A stretch of 63,890 nt of DNA, filler included, from Octopus bimaculoides (Eukaryota): the NCBI RefSeq assembly GCF_001194135.2. It is 4 parts of 4 records of this genome, joined end to end, with 100 filler letters (N's around TTAATTAATTAA, not from the genome) between each part and the next. Parts side by side here need not be neighbours in the genome. Positions count along the whole stretch, not along the records: positions 37,295 to 61,635 come from NW_026327513.1; positions 61,736 to 63,890 come from NC_068987.1; 2 more parts are not named here. One strand, given 5' to 3'. Below, one piece after another: positions 57,925 through 63,890 of the stretch. The position numbers and the translations under genes are program-made. The notes under the pieces were generated by a model. The model searched no databases, was not told the origin of the DNA, and saw nothing but the letters and a program-made list of their open reading frames with translations. Each line of letters starts with the position of its first letter. Within the stretch, counting starts at the first letter, position 1.

Positions 57925-59754
57925 CACACACACATATACTATATATATATATATATACATATAATTATATATATATATAATAATAATAATGATGATGATG
58001 ATTTCAAGTTTTGCCACAAAGGCAGCAATTGGGGGTGAGGGGATGAGTCGAGCACACAGACATCAGTGTCTCACAGGTACTTCATTTATCGACCCCGTAA
58101 CGATGAATTCTAGTACTTGATTGGAACTGTGCTACGTCGACTCCTGTTTGGCGGCTTTTACAGTCTACTGAATAGCAGGAACTGTTTGTGATGGTGGTGA
58201 TTTGTGACGGGAGATGAGGAAGAGAGGGAAGAGGTGACGTTCATGCTTAATCCCTCATCATATCTCACAGCAGAAATAAAAATACAAAACACAAGATTAC
58301 AAACGAAATAAACCATATGTAATCTATATATGTATATATATATATATACATGCACGCATATATGTATGTATGTATATATATATGTGTGTGTGTGTACAAA
58401 TATATATATGTATGTGTGTATGTATATATATATATGTATATATATGTATGTGTGTGTGTGTATACATATATATGTATACACACACATACACATACAAATT
58501 TCTGTAACCCCAAATATTTTGCCCCACCCAACCCACCCTATCAATTGAATAAAGTTANNNNNNNNNNNNNNNNNNNNNNNNNNNNNNNNNNNNNNNNNNN
58601 NNNNNNNNNNNNNNNNNNNNNNNNNNNNNNNNNNNNNNNNNNNNNNNNNNNNNNNNNNNNNNNNNNNNNNNNNNNNNNNNNNNNNNNNNNNNNNNNNNNN
58701 NNNNNNNNNNNNNNNNNNNNNNNNNNNNNNNNNNNNNNNNNNNNNNNNNNNNNNNNNNNNNNNNNNNNNNNNNNNNNNNNNNNNNNNNNNNNNNNNNNNN
58801 NNNNNNNNNNNNNNNNNNNNNNNNNNNNNNNNNNNNNNNNNNNNNNNNNNNNNNNNNNNNNNNNNNNNNNNNNNNNNNNNNNNNNNNNNNNNNNNNNNNN
58901 NNNNNNNNNNNNNNNNNNNNNNNNNNNNNNNNNNNNNNNNNNNNNNNNNNNNNNNNNNNNNNNNNNNNNNNNNNNNNNNNNNNNNNNNNNNNNNNNNNNN
59001 NNNNNNNNNNNNNNNNNNNNNNNNNNNNNNNNNNNNNNNNNNNNNNNNNNNNNNNNNNNNNNNNNNNNNNNNNNNNNNNNNNNNNNNNNNNNNNNNNNNN
59101 NNNNNNNNNNNNNNNNNNNNNNNNNNNNNNNNNNNNNNNNNNNNNNNNNNNNNNNNNNNNNNNNNNNNNNNNNNNNNNNNNNNNNNNNNNNNNNNNNNNN
59201 NNNNNNNNNNNNNNNNNNNNNNNNNNNNNNNNNNNNNNNNNNNNNNNNNNNNNNNNNNNNNNNNNNNNNNNNNNNNNNNNNNNNNNNNNNNNNNNNNNNN
59301 NNNNNNNNNNNNNNNNNNNNNNNNNNNNNNNNNNNNNNNNNNNNNNNNNNNNNNNNNNNNNNNNNNNNNNNNNNNNNNNNNNNNNNNNNNNNNNNNNNNN
59401 NNNNNNNNNNNNNNTATATATATATATATATATTTAAATATGATCCATGGATCAAGGTGTAGGAAGTTAGTAAGCTTCGAGCAGTCCGTAGAAGGTATGA
59501 AAATGTAACTTTCAGGAGCAATAGTGGTTTATTGACGTGGAAGTTTGTAAATTTTTCATGTATGGAAGTTCGATAAGTTGGAAAAATTGTTAGCATCAAG
59601 GGTTGTATATGCGAATAGAAATCGAAAACTGTGGAATGGAGTAGATATAATCCAGGCTCCATACGTTTCATAGCTAGTAGAATCTCCGACGCAGTTATTA
59701 TCCACGCGAGTGATAATCTGCTATCTACTTGTTGGGCCAAAGACATCTTTGGGA

Positions 59755-60515
59755 GAATATTAAAAAGCTGTGGACCCTTGAAACCCATGCTGTTACAGTA
59801 ACTGGTCCTGAAACGTGACGGCAGTGTTGGGATCTTTGGCACTGTGCAGTGGCGACCCGTGTAGCTTTCAATGCCAAAATTTAGTACAATCCCTTCTAGA
59901 TGTATGTTAATGTATATCTCTCCTGCTTTCGCTCTAGGGAGTAGAGCCTTAGCTGCTTCAGCCACTCCCAGTAGCTGAGCTGTTGCAATGAGACGATCTT
60001 TTTGTTGGATTGCTTCAAGGTCCGCTGTTAATTTTATATTGTAGGGTGACCATAGATGGGAGCAGTAGTCCAGGTGGCTGGAGACGAATGTCCTCCAGAG
60101 GACCATCATGGTTTCCTTCTCTCTGGTTCTGAAGGTTCTCAGGATCCATCCAGCTGTTTGCATTTTGTCGCCATCTTGGTAATGTGCTCTTGGAAAGAGG
60201 TACCATCACTCAAGTCGATACCCGGGTCACACACTGACTTTGGTCTCGGGTTTGTTATCCCCACTGGGCCAGTGTACTCTGTATGTTTTTCTTTCAATTT
60301 TGGGTACTGGTTGCGCAGGGCTTGGACTTTTCCAGCATTAAACAGCATATTATTGTCCTCAACCCATCTGTAAATTGCATCTAATTCCTGCTGCAGGCTT
60401 GCAGCATCGCTAGGTTTTTGTATTATCTGCGAGACGTTCGTATCGTCTGCGTAGCTATCGAGGGTGGCTATCCGGGAAGCTGAGGGCATATCAGAGAGGG
60501 CCACTATTTGTGTTT
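59755..60515 (-). mobile_element. 5'-truncated CR1/L2-group LINE, RT C-terminal region, frameshifted
   Basis: SYADDT catalytic motif, LQQELDAIYRWVEDNNMLFNAGK, then GWILRTF...WRTFVSSHLDYCSHLWSPY, typical of CR1-group RT C-termini. Confidence 0.85.
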
Positions 60516-61593
60516 CCTTTGAGGTGCCTTCATTTTCCACCACTGCCATTTTCCAGATTTTCCAAGATGGCAAATCATACATGAAGAACTTATTCAAAAG
60601 CTTTTGCAAAGTCAAGAACGAAAGTTTAACATTTTTCTAGTAATCAAATATAACAACATTTTAGCTCTCAGGCATTTTTAAAATGTTCACTCCACCCAAG
60701 TCACTATTGTGATTACAGACGCATGCGTAGACGCGTGCATCAGTCTAATAATACTAATAGTGAACGCCTTTTGGAGTTTTGTTGTTTGTATTTGATTTGC
60801 TTCTTAAACAAACGAAGAAAAAATCTTTTCTGAGAGAGGAACGAGAGTTGTCTCCTCTTGTACGATTTCAACTATGGCCAAAGTAGATTAACCGTGCCTG
60901 CATCCTTTTTTTAACCATTCACTAGTCCGCAAACGGAGGAGACCACGTTTCTAAAATAAATTTTCTATCATGAGGACACTTATATGTCATAGTAAAGGGT
61001 TCTACTATTTGACTATTTATACATATATACACGCGCGCGCGCAGACGCACACGCACGCAAACACGCACACACACACACACACACACACAGTTTGTTCCAA
61101 GCATACATATATATGTATGTATATATGCATATATATATTTTTTATTTATATTATTATATGATTGAACGTCACGCATCCATTTCCAAGTAAATATGTATAT
61201 ATATATATATATATATAGATATATAGATATAGATGCAGGTGCGTGTGTGTGTGTCCTGCTACCGCATGACAATCGTAGTTTGTTTGCGTCCCTGCAACTT
61301 AGCGGCTCGGCAAAATAGACTGGTACAATAAGTAAGTATCAGGCTTTAAATGTCTCAAGGCTGTGCCCCAGCATGGCCGCAGTCTGATGACTGAAACAAG
61401 ATAAACAGATAAACAGATAAGCCTTCATATAACCTTAGCAAATAAAATGATATCCAGTTCCTGAAAACTTTCCTTAGAAACGGTCGTAATCCAAGAGCGA
61501 GAGCTGACACGAACGTCCTCGGTGAAAACCGACACAACAACTACAATGATATTTGTCTCTGTTGCTCCGCCATGATGTCACGTGGTCACATAC

Positions 61594-61635
<42 letters not shown>

Positions 61636-63222
61636 NNNNNNNNNNNNNNNNNNNNNNNNNNNNNNNNNNNNNNNNNNNNTTAATTAATTAANNNNNNNNN
61701 NNNNNNNNNNNNNNNNNNNNNNNNNNNNNNNNNNNAGATATATATATATATATGTATATATATGTATATATATATATATGTGTGTATGTATATATATGTA
61801 TGTATATATGTATGTATATATGTATGTATGTATGTATTCCCATATATGCATGCATGTATGTATATATGGGCATACATAAACATGTATGTATATATGTGTT
61901 AATGTATGTTCTTTTTTAAATAATTCTCTGCGATTTAAGGTTTTGTGTTCCATATTCAAATGTCTCTGAACGATTGACAGAACTGTTGGCGTGTCGAACA
62001 AATAGCTTTTGGTATTTGTTGCCACATTTTATATTCTGACTTTGAATTCTATTCGAGGTCTGTAAATAAAGCGCAGTTCAGTTCTGAAATATGTGTGAGT
62101 GAACGAACGAAAGCGGACAGCACGCCTACATATGGTAGGAGATATAATATAACAATAGTTTGACTCAGTTCCATAGAAACTAATGTTTCGTTGGCTCATA
62201 GGACAAACCTATCTCGTCAGGTCTATATAGACTTGCATGGTTGTTAAAGTATGTGTGTGTGTGTGTGTGTCCCCACACATCCAAACATGTGTACACCAGC
62301 TCTCGGATATAAATGATTTTTATCATTTATAACTACGTGACTGAGAGGTAGGGAGCTTGCCTCCCAACCACACAGTTCCCGGTTCAGCTCCACAGGGTGG
62401 CACCTTTCTTCAAGTGTTTTCTGCTATGCTCCTCGGTCGACAAGAACCTTGTGAGTGGTTTTAGAATACAGAAATTGAAAGAAGTATGTCACATATGTGA
62501 GTGTGTGTTGTNNNNNNNNNNNNNNNNNNNNNNNNNNNNNNNNNNNNNNNNNNNNNNNNNNNNNNNNNNNNNNNNNNNNNNNNNNNNNNNNNNNNNNNNN
62601 NNNNNNNNNNNNNNNNNNNNNNNNNNNNNNNNNNNNNNNNNNNNNNNNNNNNNNNNNNNNNNNNNNNNNNNNNNNNNNNNNNNNNNNNNNNNNNNNNNNN
62701 NNNNNNNNNNNNNNNNNNNNNNNNNNNNNNNNNNNNNNNNNNNNNNNNNNNNNNNNNNNNNNNNNNNNNNNNNNNNNNNNNNNNNNNNNNNNNNNNNNNN
62801 NNNNNNNNNNNNNNNNNNNNNNNNNNNNNNNNNNNNNNNNNNNNNNNNNNNNNNNNNNNNNNNNNNNNNNNNNNNNNNNNNNNNNNNNNNNNNNNNNNNN
62901 NNNNNNNNNNNNNNNNNNNNNNNNNNNNNNNNNNNNNNNNNNNNNNNNNNNNNNNNNNNNNNNNNNNNNNNNNNNNNNNNNNNNNNNNNNNNNNNNNNNN
63001 NNNNNNNNNNNNNNNNNNNNNNNNNNNNNNNNNNNNNNNNNNNNNNNNNNNNNNNNNNNNNNNNNNNNNNNNNNNNNNNNNNNNNNNNNNNNNNNNNNNN
63101 NNNNNNNNNNNNNNNNNNNNNNNNNNNNNNNNNNNNNNNNNNNNNNNNNNNNNNNNNNNNNNNNNNNNNNNNNNNNNNNNNNNNNNNNNNNNNNNNNNNN
63201 NNNNNNNNNNNNNNNNNNNNNN

Positions 63223-63273
<51 letters not shown>

Positions 63274-63858
63274 ATAACACAGGGCAATTGTCCCCCCATC
63301 TTTTGCTCTGTCATCTTACACTTCTATCTACTTAAATACACGATATTTCCTCACACCTTGTCTCAAATACTCAGATACTTCGTAGTTTACTATTTAACAA
63401 TGCCACATACAAACAATTCCTCACATACGAACCAACTGAGGAGGATTGTTCATGGTCGCACTGTTTTCTGGAAATAGCAGCTAAATCCCCATCAAATCCC
63501 ACCCTACTCTCTTTCAGAAATGTTGCACAGATCGTTTAATAGAGTCCTTAATACACCGTTTAAATAGACTTTCTCGATCTTTGATGCGATGACATACTCG
63601 CCTATGTAGGCGTATATATACAGAAGAACGTACATATATACATAAATGTATGTATACATTTCCACGAATGTATATAAACACACGTTACTACTTTGTTGAT
63701 ATTTAATTTCCAATAAGAAAAAAACTTTGTTTCCAAAACCGGTTCTTTATTGGTGAGTAATCTAGAAATATACCGAGAGCATACATGCAGGTATACATAC
63801 ACACATATACATACTACATACATCTACATATTTACATACATTTATATACGTCCATACA

Positions 63859-63890
<32 letters not shown>

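Overview
AT-rich eukaryotic genomic DNA packed with microsatellites and retroposons; the repeat landscape suggests an octopus/cephalopod draft assembly (inference). It has many N gaps, including three artificial 100-bp N44-TTAATTAATTAA-N44 linkers. The only gene I recognise with confidence is the first coding exon of an NK6-class homeobox gene (Nkx6/HGTX, minus strand, 55417-55882); I could not find its homeobox exons in the called bases. The rest is mostly mobile DNA: several tRNA-derived SINE families, at least seven R4/Dong-clade LINE fragments all oriented the same way in (AAT)n tracts, a CR1-group LINE fragment, a decayed pogo transposase split by later insertions, and piggyBac-, mariner- and pogo-type MITEs. 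There is also an unclassified ~550-bp element found only in (ATT)n tracts and a ~270-bp palindrome with hammerhead-like arms. SINE copies in 1-15 kb are CpG-decayed while those beyond 15.3 kb are not, and a possible unannotated minus-strand multi-exon gene lies in the decayed part. No prokaryote-type system (CRISPR, operon) is present. Almost all supplied ORFs are microsatellite or N-gap artefacts. Repeat boundaries were read by eye and are approximate.
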